In this document: one piece after another, positions 9,099 to 17,588 of the stretch | Layout: the number at the start of each line of letters is the position of its first letter | Position numbering within the stretch: the first letter of the stretch is position 1 | NCBI GenBank assembly: GCA_964565195.1 | Contig: CAZMCQ010000001.1 | Span: 61,153-125,152, forward strand | Origin: an uncultured Candidatus Saccharibacteria bacterium | Lineage (GTDB): Bacteria > Patescibacteriota > Doudnabacteria > UBA920 > 2-01-FULL-46-14 | Length of the DNA: 64,000 bases | Direction of reading: 5' to 3' | Notes under the pieces: generated by a model | The model's database searches: none | What the model saw: the letters and a program-made list of their open reading frames with translations, nothing else | What the model was told of the DNA's origin: nothing | Made by a program: the position numbers and the translations under genes

Positions 9099-9719
9099 CT
9101 AAAATCCCAGCTTTTCTTTAACAATAATCATAGTGATTCGCCCTTTGACCAACTCTTTATTTACAATCAGAATCTTACTGACATTGCTGCTCATGCCATA
9201 GGCCTTTTTCGCGCGCTCATTCTCCAAAGGCAGGGAGTATTCATAGAGACGCCGCAGGCCCTCTTCCAGATTCTTTACCAGCTTCTGCGCGCCAACTATC
9301 CAGATGACATGGCCCGCGCCATAGGCATAAGCCGGCAGCTGGCTGCCGGTGTTGGAAGCCACGAGAACCTGGCCGTCTTCGGTCACGGCATGGACACTGC
9401 CGAAAACCCATTCGGGCGCTGCCCCAATTTTCTGCATCTCCGGCCCTTGGGTTTTGCGGTCCATCTGGTTTAATTTGTTTCGCACGGAATTAAATCTGCC
9501 GGACTCCAAAATTTCTTTAACAACACTCAAACTCTCCAGCGTCATTGAGGTCATGTTCATAATTTCCGCGCCTTCGGGAATGATCTCGAACGCCTTTCGC
9601 TTTGCCGCTTCACTATTCTGAACGGCAACAGCTTCAATCCCATTGTCTTTCAATGCGGCAATGGTTTTTTGAATGGTCTCATCGCTCGCCAGCTGCCCGA
9701 ATTTTTCGTTTAGCTTCAT
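9099..9719 (-). CDS. LUD-domain (lactate utilization/YkgG-like) protein
   Basis: GSVHAVTEDGQVLVASNTGSQL...IVGAQKLV. Confidence 0.85.
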   Translation of the reverse strand: MKLNEKFGQLASDETIQKTIAALKDNGIEAVAVQNSEAAKRKAFEIIPEGAEIMNMTSMTLESLSVVKEILESGRFNSVRNKLNQMDRKTQGPEMQKIGAAPEWVFGSVHAVTEDGQVLVASNTGSQLPAYAYGAGHVIWIVGAQKLVKNLEEGLRRLYEYSLPLENERAKKAYGMSSNVSKILIVNKELVKGRITMIIVKEKLGF

Positions 9720-9949
9720 GATTTTAGCGCCTCTTCAATTTTATCTTTCTGAAATCCCACAATAATCGTGCCGTTGATATCAATCACTGGCACGGCAAAC
9801 ATTCCGGATTTTTTAATCATTTCTTCCTGCAATGCCGCGTCGTTGGTCACATCTTTCTCCTCGTATTCTACGCCTTTTTCCTGAAAATATTGTTTAGTCA
9901 TTTTGCAAAACGGGCAAGTGATGGTGGTGTAGATAATTAGCTTAGTCAT
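9716..9949 (-). CDS. Glutaredoxin-like (NrdH/YruB) protein
   Basis: CPFC active site and VPVIDINGTIIVGF; SD AAAGGAG. Confidence 0.92.
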   Translation of the reverse strand: MTKLIIYTTITCPFCKMTKQYFQEKGVEYEEKDVTNDAALQEEMIKKSGMFAVPVIDINGTIIVGFQKDKIEEALKS

Positions 9950-9984
9950 GTTTTTGCTCCTTTCTTTTAATAATAAATTAAAAT

Positions 9985-10977
9985 CTATTTAGTGCCTGCC
10001 TCAACCGCCACCGGGCGGAAATGCAGTTGGCAAAGCTGGCCGTGGATCTGATGGTCCTCATAGGCAGACGTGGCTGCCACGGCACCCATGGCCGCGGCCG
10101 TGATATCCTGCTTGAACCGGCCGAAATGATTGACCGTATCGCCGGCAGCGAACACGCCGTCAATATTGGTGCGCATCATATTATCCACTTTCATGTACCC
10201 TGCTTCATCCAGTTCAATCCCAAGATTCCTGGCTAACTCCACATTAGGCTTGGCGCCAATCTCCACGAACAGCCCGTCAACCTTAAGCTCTGTTGAATCT
10301 TGGTGGGGTTTAGACAGTACTACTTTTTCCAAAAATTTTTCACCGACCAGCTCTTTCATCTCGGTTTCCAGGAGCAGTTCCACTTTATCCCCCAGTTTTT
10401 GCATCTGCTCCAAATTGACCGGCTCGGCTGTAACTTGCTTGCCTCTGACGATCAGATATATTTTTTTGGCGTATTGGGCTGCAAGGTTCACCCCCTTGAT
10501 CGAGGCGTCCCCGCCGCCGACCATGGCAATAGTCTTGCCGGTAAACAGCGGCCCGTCGCAGGTTACGCAATAGTGCACGCCCCGGCCGGTGAGTTCCGCT
10601 TCGCGCGACAGTCCTAGTTTCCGCCGCTCGGTGCCCATCGCGAAAATGATGCTGTTGGCCAGATATGCTTCGCTGCCAGCCTTAATTTCAAAACAATGTT
10701 CCGCGCGCTTGATTGCTTTGACCTCATCATCAATCACTTTCACTCCCAAATTCTCAGACTGCTTTTTCATGAGTTCCATGAGTTCAAAGCCGTCTATAGA
10801 CTCAAAGCCCGGAAAATTTTCAATCTTGCCCGCCTTGGCGGTTTCCCCGCCGAATTCCCGCCCGATTACCAAAACATTCAGCCGGTAGCGACCGGCGTAA
10901 ACAGAGGCCCCAAGGCCCGCTGCTCCGGAGCCGATAATCACTAGGTCATAAATTGTAGGATCAAGATTCTTGTTCAT
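9985..10977 (-). CDS. trxB: Thioredoxin-disulfide reductase
   Basis: Motifs GSGAAG, GRGVHYCVTCDG, VGGGDA and GVFAAGD. Confidence 0.9.
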   Translation of the reverse strand: MNKNLDPTIYDLVIIGSGAAGLGASVYAGRYRLNVLVIGREFGGETAKAGKIENFPGFESIDGFELMELMKKQSENLGVKVIDDEVKAIKRAEHCFEIKAGSEAYLANSIIFAMGTERRKLGLSREAELTGRGVHYCVTCDGPLFTGKTIAMVGGGDASIKGVNLAAQYAKKIYLIVRGKQVTAEPVNLEQMQKLGDKVELLLETEMKELVGEKFLEKVVLSKPHQDSTELKVDGLFVEIGAKPNVELARNLGIELDEAGYMKVDNMMRTNIDGVFAAGDTVNHFGRFKQDITAAAMGAVAATSAYEDHQIHGQLCQLHFRPVAVEAGTK

Positions 10978-11031
10978 AATTTTTCCCTATTTCGGGTCCG
11001 GACCTGCCCGAACAGGCAGGCCCGCCACAAC

Positions 11032-11166
11032 TTACATTCCGCAACCACAGGCACATCTGCTGCCTTTGTGCTCATCATGACCGCACATTTCGCACTTATT
11101 CCCATGCTTATCATGGTCATCATGCCCCTCATGCGCACGGTCATGTTTGTCATCATGGTGCATCAT
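11032..11166 (-). CDS. 44-aa His/Cys-rich metallothionein-like peptide (not in ORF track)
   Basis: MMHHDDKHDRAHEGHDDHDKHGNKCEMCGHDEHKGSRCACGCGM; SD AGGAGA 8 nt upstream. Confidence 0.82.
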   Translation of the reverse strand: MMHHDDKHDRAHEGHDDHDKHGNKCEMCGHDEHKGSRCACGCGM

Positions 11167-11191
11167 TTTGGAAGTCTCCTTAAATTAATTA

Positions 11192-11548
11192 TTAGGACTG
11201 ACCTTTTATTATTTTACCAAGCCGCATGGGCATTGCAACTAAAGCCACAAGAATCCCGAAAAGCAGGACAAAGATTCCCGTCAAAATTTTCCCCACCCCC
11301 ACAAGTTTCAGGCGCAACAATTCCGAAGGAAAGTTTTGGATTTGCACCAGATCCTTGTTCAGTACGGAGTTAGTTTCGGCCCCGTCGCGGATCGCCTTAC
11401 TTTGTGAGAAGTAAGAATTCTGTAGCTGATGGAATTTCGTTTCCTCAACCGCTACCTGCCGGTGCATGCTGATTCCGGAAAATGCATATCCGAAAGCGAC
11501 TATCACAATGACTGACATTAGAATCATCATCGGCATCATCTGTTTCAT
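11192..11548 (-). CDS. Hypothetical two-TM membrane protein with Met-rich N-terminus
   Basis: Two hydrophobic segments; SD GGGGGTG; in an operon with grx and trxB. Confidence 0.75.
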   Translation of the reverse strand: MKQMMPMMILMSVIVIVAFGYAFSGISMHRQVAVEETKFHQLQNSYFSQSKAIRDGAETNSVLNKDLVQIQNFPSELLRLKLVGVGKILTGIFVLLFGILVALVAMPMRLGKIIKGQS

Positions 11549-11576
11549 GTAAACTCACCCCCTTTCTCGATTTGTT

Positions 11577-11813
11577 TTAATTAACTCCCGCTAACTGCGC
11601 GATCCGGTGCTTATCAAAGCCGATCACGATCTCGCCGTCAATCTCAATCACCGGCACGCCCATTTGCCCGGATTTATTGACCATTTCCTCTACAAAGTCG
11701 TGATTGGTGGTCACGTCCTTTTCCTCGTAAGAAAGGCCATGCTCGCGAAAAAAATTCTTGGCCATGCGGCAAAACGAGCAGGTTGGAGTCGTGTAGATAG
11801 TAATTTTCGGCAT
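11577..11813 (-). CDS. Glutaredoxin-like (NrdH/YruB) protein
   Basis: MPKITIYTTPTCSFC...SGQMGVPVIEIDGEIVIGFD. Start reassigned to 11813 (SD AAAGGA). Confidence 0.92.
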   Translation of the reverse strand: MPKITIYTTPTCSFCRMAKNFFREHGLSYEEKDVTTNHDFVEEMVNKSGQMGVPVIEIDGEIVIGFDKHRIAQLAGVN

Positions 11814-11847
11814 ATTGCTTGTCCTTTCGATTAATGTTTCTGCTGAC

Positions 11848-11890
11848 ATTATACCGGGCCTTAAAAATAGTTACTGTAATCTAGTTCACA
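11848..11890 (-). promoter_or_regulatory. Class II Crp/Fnr-type promoter of the grx-trxB operon
   Basis: TGTGA-ACTAGA-TTACA (11890-11875) is centred at -41.5 relative to TATAAT (11853-11848). Confidence 0.8.
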
Positions 11891-11958
11891 AGGTTTTACG
11901 AAAATAAAAAACCGCCTTGAGAGTTAATCGAAAGGCGGATTGAAAGCTTTCAGCTTGA

Positions 11959-12675
11959 TTACATTGGTTTTGCCAACTGGATGCAGTCCATGCAATCGTT
12001 TAAAATTTTGTTGCGATTGAGGCGCAGTACCCGGCCGGCCTGATAAGAAACAAAGCCTTCCGCCTCGAGAAAATTTAGGGTCTTGGTTACGGTTTCCCGC
12101 GTCAGCCCCGTCATCTCGGCAAGGGCCTGGTGAGTGAGCCGGTCCCCGATTTCATAAACCCCGTCGCTGTCCCGGCCGTGCAAGGCGGCGTAACGAATCA
12201 GTTCATTGATAACCCGAGTTTGGGCTGACGACAGGGCCAAATCTTTAATCTTGCTCTCGGTCTGATGCAAGCGGTTGCGCAAGGTCACCAGCATTACCAT
12301 GGCCAATACAGGAAACTTTTGCAGAAGCCGGTTTAGATCATCGGCCATAATAACGCATGCCTTGGTCGGCTGGGTGGCCTGCGCGTAGTTTTCCGAAGGA
12401 AGGATGGCGGCATCCTTGACAAACGACAGGTCGCCAAAAAAATCCCCGGGCCCAAGCACCTGGATGACGACCTTTTCCCCGCCCTGGGACCGATAGAGCC
12501 GAACTTGGCCAGAGAGTGCCAAATAAACCCGGCCATTCTTGTCGCCTGGAAAATAAATCATCTCTCCCTTGCCAAAGGAACGGTCAATACAAGACTGACC
12601 AAACTCTTGGAGCGCTTCTGAAGGCAAACCCCGAAACACAGGCAAACTGTTTATTTGGGCAAATTGCGCAGTCAT
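11959..12675 (-). CDS. Crp/Fnr-family transcriptional regulator with C-terminal CxxC
   Basis: cNMP-type domain (GEMIYFPGD, GDFFGD), HTH THQALAEMTGLTRETVTK and C-terminal DCMDC. Confidence 0.92.
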   Translation of the reverse strand: MTAQFAQINSLPVFRGLPSEALQEFGQSCIDRSFGKGEMIYFPGDKNGRVYLALSGQVRLYRSQGGEKVVIQVLGPGDFFGDLSFVKDAAILPSENYAQATQPTKACVIMADDLNRLLQKFPVLAMVMLVTLRNRLHQTESKIKDLALSSAQTRVINELIRYAALHGRDSDGVYEIGDRLTHQALAEMTGLTRETVTKTLNFLEAEGFVSYQAGRVLRLNRNKILNDCMDCIQLAKPM

Positions 12676-12681
12676 GTTTAT

Positions 12682-13175
12682 TTACCCGCAGCAGGACTTG
12701 TCATCCTGGTGGCCGATAATTTCCCCTTTGGTGGCAAACTTGATTCCTTCGGCAAACGAGGGATGAAACACCAGGATTGGATCAATCTCTTTCCTGGTCA
12801 TTTTGGCCTTGACGCGACACTGGGCGAGATAAATTTCGCCACACCGTCAAACAGCTTTACTCCCCAGTCTTCCATAGATTCTCTACGCAGGCCGCCCAGT
12901 CTTTTGATCACTGCTTCTTTGTACTGCATCGCTTTGCTGAAATCAAAGTGCTTTTGCACTGAAAATCCGTACTTCTCTGACCTATCCATCTCTGCCGCGA
13001 GATGAGCTATCTGGTAAAGTGCTTTCTTTGGTATGCAGCCAAAATTAAGACACGTCCCCCCAAGCTCCGTGCCGATTACCGCGGCAGTGCTTTTTTTAAG
13101 CGTTTGGGCCGCCGCCCGCATGGCCGGAATACCGGCCATACCCGAGCCTAAAACCAGAACTTCAAACTTTTTCAT
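12682..13175 (-). pseudogene. merA: Mercuric reductase-like flavoprotein with large internal deletion and frameshift
   Basis: The N-terminal ~120 aa (GSGMAG, GGTCLNFGCIPKK) join out of frame near 12815 to a C-terminal remnant, VKAKMTRKEIDPILVFHPSFAEGIKFA...DDKSCCG*. Confidence 0.8.
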
Positions 13176-13194
13176 ATCGTTTGAATAATAATTA

Positions 13195-14802
13195 TTAAAA
13201 ACTAAGTACGTATCCTTCGTAGGGCCTAAGAACAAAACTGCCGGTATCGACTTTTTTGCCAAACTCCGTATCCATAAAAGTATTGCAGATTACTTCGGCT
13301 GTTCCTGAACGAAGAGAAATATTTTGCTCCGCGGCGGAAAAGTTCGCCACCACCAAAATTTTTTCTGCCGGACACCGGCGAACATACGCAAATACCTCGC
13401 CAGTAACGTCAATCGAATGATAGCTGCCTACCAGCAAAGCCGGTGACTTTTTACGATAATGAATTAAGCGACGGAATAAACTTAGCGTAGAGCGGGGGTC
13501 CTTCATCTCGGTTTCAACGTTGCGGGCCTTGTAATCCGAGGCGACCGGAAGCCAAGGCTTGCCCTGGGAAAATCCGGCTTGTTCGCTTGAGTCCCACTGC
13601 ATGGGGGTTCGCTCCCCGTCCCGCCCCAGCCCGAATCCCGGCACCCTCTTGCCCCAGGGGTCAAGCATCTTCTCCTTGGGAATATCAACGTTTTCCATGC
13701 CCAGTTCGTCGCCGTAATAAACAAACGGCATACCGCGCAGAGTCAGCATGATCATGGCCAGAAGACGCGCCCGATCTTGGCCGAGTCGGCTGGCCACGCG
13801 TTGCCGATCGTGATTACTTACTACGTAGTTTGGCCATTTTTCCGGCGGCAGAGAAGCGTCAAATTGATCAATAAATTTTTTGAACCCTACGGCCGCCCAG
13901 GGAATCGTCATGAGGTTAAAATTAATGGGGGCATGGAGATTGTCGTCGCAGGCCCGGTACATTTTCCCAAGTTCCGGCAGATCAAGGTACGCCTCGGATA
14001 CCATGAACTTGTTTTGGTGCAGGTCCAAAACCTCACAAAACGACTTCAGGTTTTCAAGAGTTTCGGACTGGCCCATGCTGTTCTGGTGCAGCAGAGAATA
14101 ATAAGGATCCATTTTACCGGGTTCATAATTCGGGTTGGGCGGATCGTCCCGGAACTGCGCGTCCTTGACCAGATGATAGACCGCATCAGTGCGAAACCCG
14201 TCCACTTTGCGATGCAGCCAGAAATGTAACACCTTCAGCATTTCCTCTTTCACTTCCGGATTGCGCCAGTTCAAATCCGGCTGTTCGGGTAAAAAGCTAT
14301 GGTAATAGTACTGTTTTGTTTTCTCGTCCAATGTCCAGGCTGGTCCCCCAAACACCGAGAGCCAGTTGTTTGGCGGCGAACCGTCGGATTTTGGATCGCG
14401 CCAGATATACCAATCGCGTTTCGAACTCGTGCGCGAAGCGCGGGATTCCAAAAACCAGGAATGCAGGTTTGAAGTGTGATTGGGAACAAAGTCCATAACC
14501 ACCTTGATACCTCGCCGGTGGGCCTCGGATACGAGTTTGTCAAAGCTGGCCAGGTCACCGAAAGCAGGATCAATGTCACGGTAATCGGATATATCATAAC
14601 CAAAATCAGCCATTGGCGATTTGTAAATTGGGGAGAGCCAAATCGCGTTAACCCCCAGGGACTGGTCGGTTCCGTCGTTTAGATAATCAAGTTTCTGGAT
14701 AATGCCCTCAATATCCCCCTTCCCGTCGCCATTTGAATCCATAAAGCTCAAGGGGTAAATATGATACACTACTGCCTGTCTTGACCAATTTTTCTCGATC
14801 AT
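13195..14802 (-). CDS. GH13 alpha-glucosidase/oligo-1,6-glucosidase
   Basis: Motifs YPLSFMDSNGDGKGD, DFGYD, DFVPNHTS, QPDLNW, DGFRTDA, SNHD and RDGERTPMQW. Confidence 0.92.
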   Translation of the reverse strand: MIEKNWSRQAVVYHIYPLSFMDSNGDGKGDIEGIIQKLDYLNDGTDQSLGVNAIWLSPIYKSPMADFGYDISDYRDIDPAFGDLASFDKLVSEAHRRGIKVVMDFVPNHTSNLHSWFLESRASRTSSKRDWYIWRDPKSDGSPPNNWLSVFGGPAWTLDEKTKQYYYHSFLPEQPDLNWRNPEVKEEMLKVLHFWLHRKVDGFRTDAVYHLVKDAQFRDDPPNPNYEPGKMDPYYSLLHQNSMGQSETLENLKSFCEVLDLHQNKFMVSEAYLDLPELGKMYRACDDNLHAPINFNLMTIPWAAVGFKKFIDQFDASLPPEKWPNYVVSNHDRQRVASRLGQDRARLLAMIMLTLRGMPFVYYGDELGMENVDIPKEKMLDPWGKRVPGFGLGRDGERTPMQWDSSEQAGFSQGKPWLPVASDYKARNVETEMKDPRSTLSLFRRLIHYRKKSPALLVGSYHSIDVTGEVFAYVRRCPAEKILVVANFSAAEQNISLRSGTAEVICNTFMDTEFGKKVDTGSFVLRPYEGYVLSF

Positions 14803-14830
14803 AGGACGATAAATCCAAAAAGTGTCAGGT

Positions 14831-15211
14831 TCATCCTGTTTTTCCGAAAAGTCGTTTATTGTAAATAACGGCGGTAATGACGAGAAGCGCTCCCGGCCCC
14901 CAAATCTGCCAGGCGCCCCAGGTACTTACAAATACATAGCGACCAACATAAAGAAGTATCGCACCACTGAGCAATAATATAAGCGGTTTCGGATTTTTGT
15001 GAGCTCGATAGTCAAACAGAAACCCAATGGCTCCGACAGTAATTAACCCAAAGGCTAGCCACCGCCAAACAGGAATCAAAGCGCCCAGTCCAAGGTATGT
15101 CAAAAGCGAGGCCGAGCCAATCCAGCAAAGCGGGCAGGCGCCAACCGCGCCCGCGCCGAGAATCGGGGCAAGCCATGTGGGAATGTTCGGCCTATGCGAG
15201 GCTTGTGTCAT
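14831..15211 (-). CDS. MerC-like heavy-metal transporter
   Basis: Four TMs, CPLC in TM1 and YRAHKNPKPL loop; downstream of ArsR. Confidence 0.7.
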   Translation of the reverse strand: MTQASHRPNIPTWLAPILGAGAVGACPLCWIGSASLLTYLGLGALIPVWRWLAFGLITVGAIGFLFDYRAHKNPKPLILLLSGAILLYVGRYVFVSTWGAWQIWGPGALLVITAVIYNKRLFGKTG

Positions 15212-15369
15212 TAACTTTGCACCGCGTGCTTAATGATGTCTAAATTGCAGCTTTTGTGTTCAGCGCACCATGTTTCGCATCTCTCTGCGGTTTCCTGGTC
15301 AGTGTAAAGCAAGCCGCACTCCTCGCACTGGCATAATGATTTATTGTTTTTTTCAATTATTTTTACCAT
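15211..15369 (-). CDS. 52-aa Cys-rich metal-binding protein
   Basis: MVKIIEKNNKSLCQCEECGLLY...CETWCAEHKSC. Start reassigned to 15369. Confidence 0.8.
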   Translation of the reverse strand: MVKIIEKNNKSLCQCEECGLLYTDQETAERCETWCAEHKSCNLDIIKHAVQS

Positions 15370-15373
15370 GGCT

Positions 15374-15682
15374 TTATGGTAAACTTTGCTTAATAATCTT
15401 ATTAAAATCCGTATCCTTGAGTCTGTAAAACACCTGGCGGAAACTCCTTCTCGCCTCCACAATCTCGTTTTGTTTAAGCTTTTTCAAAGAATGGGACACC
15501 GCGGAAACAGAAACCCCTAGAAGCTCGGCAATCCCGCTGACTGACAATTCTGGATAATGATGCAGCAACCAGCAGATTTTCATGCGGGTGGGATCACCGA
15601 CTATCCCAAACCGACAAGCGCACTCCTCAATAGCCTTGTTGTCTCTAAGCTGTTTTTTTATAATCCTCTTGTCTTTTCTCAT
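15374..15682 (-). CDS. ArsR/SmtB-family metalloregulator
   Basis: GDPTRMKI and ELSVSGIAELLGVSVSAVSHSL; N-terminal CAC. Confidence 0.92.
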   Translation of the reverse strand: MRKDKRIIKKQLRDNKAIEECACRFGIVGDPTRMKICWLLHHYPELSVSGIAELLGVSVSAVSHSLKKLKQNEIVEARRSFRQVFYRLKDTDFNKIIKQSLP

Positions 15683-15727
15683 TTGAACGTCTATTCAAAT
15701 GATAAACTAGGCCTTAATCTTTGTCAA
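15679..15727 (-). promoter_or_regulatory. ArsR operator and promoter
   Basis: Palindrome TCATTTGAA-N6-TTCAAATGA (15679-15702) overlaps the ATG and the -10 of TTGACA-N17-TATCAT. Confidence 0.8.
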
Positions 15728-15778
15728 ACAAAAGAGAAGGGCCACCTATGAGATTAGCTCAGGGTGGCCCACTGACAT

Positions 15779-16528
15779 TCATTTTTGGACAACTTGGCGG
15801 AAAAATTCTTCCCGAATTCTGGCTTTCTCGTGGACGAGGCGCGCGCGGCAGAGATTACCATCCGTAATCCCCAACCTCACCACTACCGCGTCAAAGATGG
15901 CATCCAGCGCGTCCTTTTGCGCCGAAGCGGCCTTCTCGCAAGTGGCGCCTACAAACATTTCCGGCCTGATCTTGAGGACAATAGGCAAAGCTACCTCATC
16001 CTCAAGTTCGGTGTCAGTCTGGCATAGAAGGCCGATAGTGAATGCGCCACGAGAGCTGGCTTCATCCGCAACTCCCAGCATGTAGGGCGTGCGTCCCGTT
16101 GCAGAGATACAGATTACCACGTCATGCTCGGTGATTCCCAAGGCCGCTGCATCTTTCCTTCCCTCATCTGGATCATCCTCCAGCTCCTCGCATCCCAGCG
16201 GCTCGAAAATGCGGGGACCGCCTGTTACGTGATAGGTAAACTGCTTGGGATCAATGTCACGATGATTTTGCGGCAATTCCCGCATCACAGACATGCCCGC
16301 CACACCACTGCCGCCGGCGCCGATGGTGATAATCTTACCGCCTTTTTTTGCGCGGTCTACAATCACATCAGCCGCGGCCTCGAGCCTCGGCAAAGCCTTT
16401 TTTAAGGCCTCGTAAATCCTGATAGTCTCATTAACCCGATGCTCAATGATCTGCCAGGTGGTCCAGTCCGCAATACCCACTGTCTCCGGATTGAATTCCT
16501 TTTCCGGTGTCCATTTCTTTTCAGTCAT
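15779..16528 (-). CDS. MurQ-like SIS-domain protein (MurNAc-6-P etherase family)
   Basis: Motifs GAGGSG, RELP, EELEDD, ISATGRTPY and PEMFVGAT. SD AAGGAGG supports start 16528. Confidence 0.72.
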   Translation of the reverse strand: MTEKKWTPEKEFNPETVGIADWTTWQIIEHRVNETIRIYEALKKALPRLEAAADVIVDRAKKGGKIITIGAGGSGVAGMSVMRELPQNHRDIDPKQFTYHVTGGPRIFEPLGCEELEDDPDEGRKDAAALGITEHDVVICISATGRTPYMLGVADEASSRGAFTIGLLCQTDTELEDEVALPIVLKIRPEMFVGATCEKAASAQKDALDAIFDAVVVRLGITDGNLCRARLVHEKARIREEFFRQVVQK

Positions 16529-16557
16529 TTGTATTTCCTCCTTGTTCTCTTTTAAGT

Positions 16558-17199
16558 TTAACTCGTCCTTTCTGGAATTTCTGTAAGTTCGATCACAACC
16601 TGGCACGCTTTGGAAAAATCATGGTCTAGGTTGTATTCATGTCGGAAAGTGATGACCTTGAGCCCTGCAGTGCTTGCCGCTTCAACTCCTGACCACGAAT
16701 CCTCAACTGCCACCCCCGCCAGCGATTGAGTCTCAAGATCAGCCACGGCCTTAAGGTAACCATCCGGCGCCGGTTTGGGGCGAATCACGTCATCGCCGCA
16801 GACCACTGTGTCAAAAAACGGCACAAGTCCCGCTCTGACCAGCGGCGGCAGCACCTCCAGCCGCGGACTGGAAGAAACCACAGCCTGCAAATATCTGCGC
16901 GTTTGCAATCTGCAAAGAGTCTTCATTACTCCCGGCGTAGGGGCAAGACTCCTCAACTTTTGCTGGAAAACTTTCTGAAAAATCCGGGTATACTTTTCCG
17001 GCGTAGCCTTAATCCCGCTTGCCTGGATAAATTCAGCGCGCACCTCTTCGTGCGCTCGGCCGGCACCTTTGATTTTCCTGTAGAAATCAGGAGAAATCTG
17101 CCCGCCCAAAGCGTGCACCACCTCTTGATGCGTCTCGTCCCGCAGCCCTTCAGTCGGAAACAACACTCCGTCAAAATCCCATAACACTGCTCGTCTCAT
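16558..17199 (-). CDS. HAD-family phosphatase (beta-PGM-like)
   Basis: Motifs WDFDGVL, VSSS, KPAPD and VEDSWSG. SD GGGAGG supports start 17199. Confidence 0.88.
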   Translation of the reverse strand: MRRAVLWDFDGVLFPTEGLRDETHQEVVHALGGQISPDFYRKIKGAGRAHEEVRAEFIQASGIKATPEKYTRIFQKVFQQKLRSLAPTPGVMKTLCRLQTRRYLQAVVSSSPRLEVLPPLVRAGLVPFFDTVVCGDDVIRPKPAPDGYLKAVADLETQSLAGVAVEDSWSGVEAASTAGLKVITFRHEYNLDHDFSKACQVVIELTEIPERTS

Positions 17200-17252
17200 A
17201 AGTCCTCCCTTTTTCTTCCAGCATAACCATCGCATTAACCTTCTTTCTTTAC

Positions 17253-17268
17253 TGTAAGGCAAATTACA
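17253..17268. promoter_or_regulatory. Possible fourth Crp/Fnr-type site upstream of HAD-murQ
   Basis: Symmetric TGTAA-GGCAAA-TTACA. No well-spaced -10 was found. Confidence 0.5.
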
Positions 17269-17269
17269 A

Positions 17270-17303
17270 ATCAAAAAGCCCTATTTATCGGGGCTTTTTT
17301 GAT
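17270..17303 (-). terminator. Intrinsic terminator after the 11-aa micro-ORF
   Basis: ATCAAAAAGCCC-loop-GGGCTTTTTTGAT. Confidence 0.8.
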
Positions 17304-17315
17304 ACGGCTTAAAGC

Positions 17316-17351
17316 TTAGCAGCCGCAGCCGTCTTTGTGATCGCCAGACAT
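17316..17351 (-). CDS. 11-aa micropeptide MSGDHKDGCGC (not in ORF track)
   Basis: SD AAAGAAAGGAG 8 nt upstream, with its own promoter and terminator. Confidence 0.65.
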   Translation of the reverse strand: MSGDHKDGCGC

Positions 17352-17407
17352 GGTTTATTCTCCTTTCTTTAATAATTAAAGTTTAAAGGTTAATGATTAA
17401 CAGGCTG

Positions 17408-17450
17408 ATTATAACTTGGGGCCAAAACCCCGGCTGTGATATGGTTCACA
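17408..17450 (-). promoter_or_regulatory. Class II Crp/Fnr-type promoter of the micropeptide
   Basis: Perfect TGTGA-TATGGT-TCACA (17435-17450) centred at -41.5 relative to TATAAT (17413-17408). Confidence 0.82.
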
Positions 17451-17523
17451 TTCTGGCGGCACTTTTTTCCGAATGCCGCTCTTCTCTGGCTGTTCCTAAA
17501 ATAATCGGGGTTTTATTCGGCGC

Positions 17524-17567
17524 TGTGAACTGGATTACATCACTTTTTAATTAGGGTTTGCTATAAT
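17524..17567 (+). promoter_or_regulatory. Crp/Fnr-type promoter of hom
   Basis: TGTGA-ACTGGA-TTACA (15/16 identical to the 11875 site) at about -42.5 from TGcTATAAT (17559-17567). Confidence 0.8.
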
Positions 17568-17588
17568 TTGCCAGAAAGGAGAGAATAA

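Noticed and set aside
11003-11020. CCTGCC-N6-GGCAGG palindrome before trxB as an operator
   Set aside because: It is a single short GC hairpin unlike the Crp or ArsR sites, more likely a small repeat.
10974-11156. 60-aa Met-rich ORF in the supplied track
   Set aside because: It is an alternative frame of the His/Cys peptide, which has the SD and a coherent composition.
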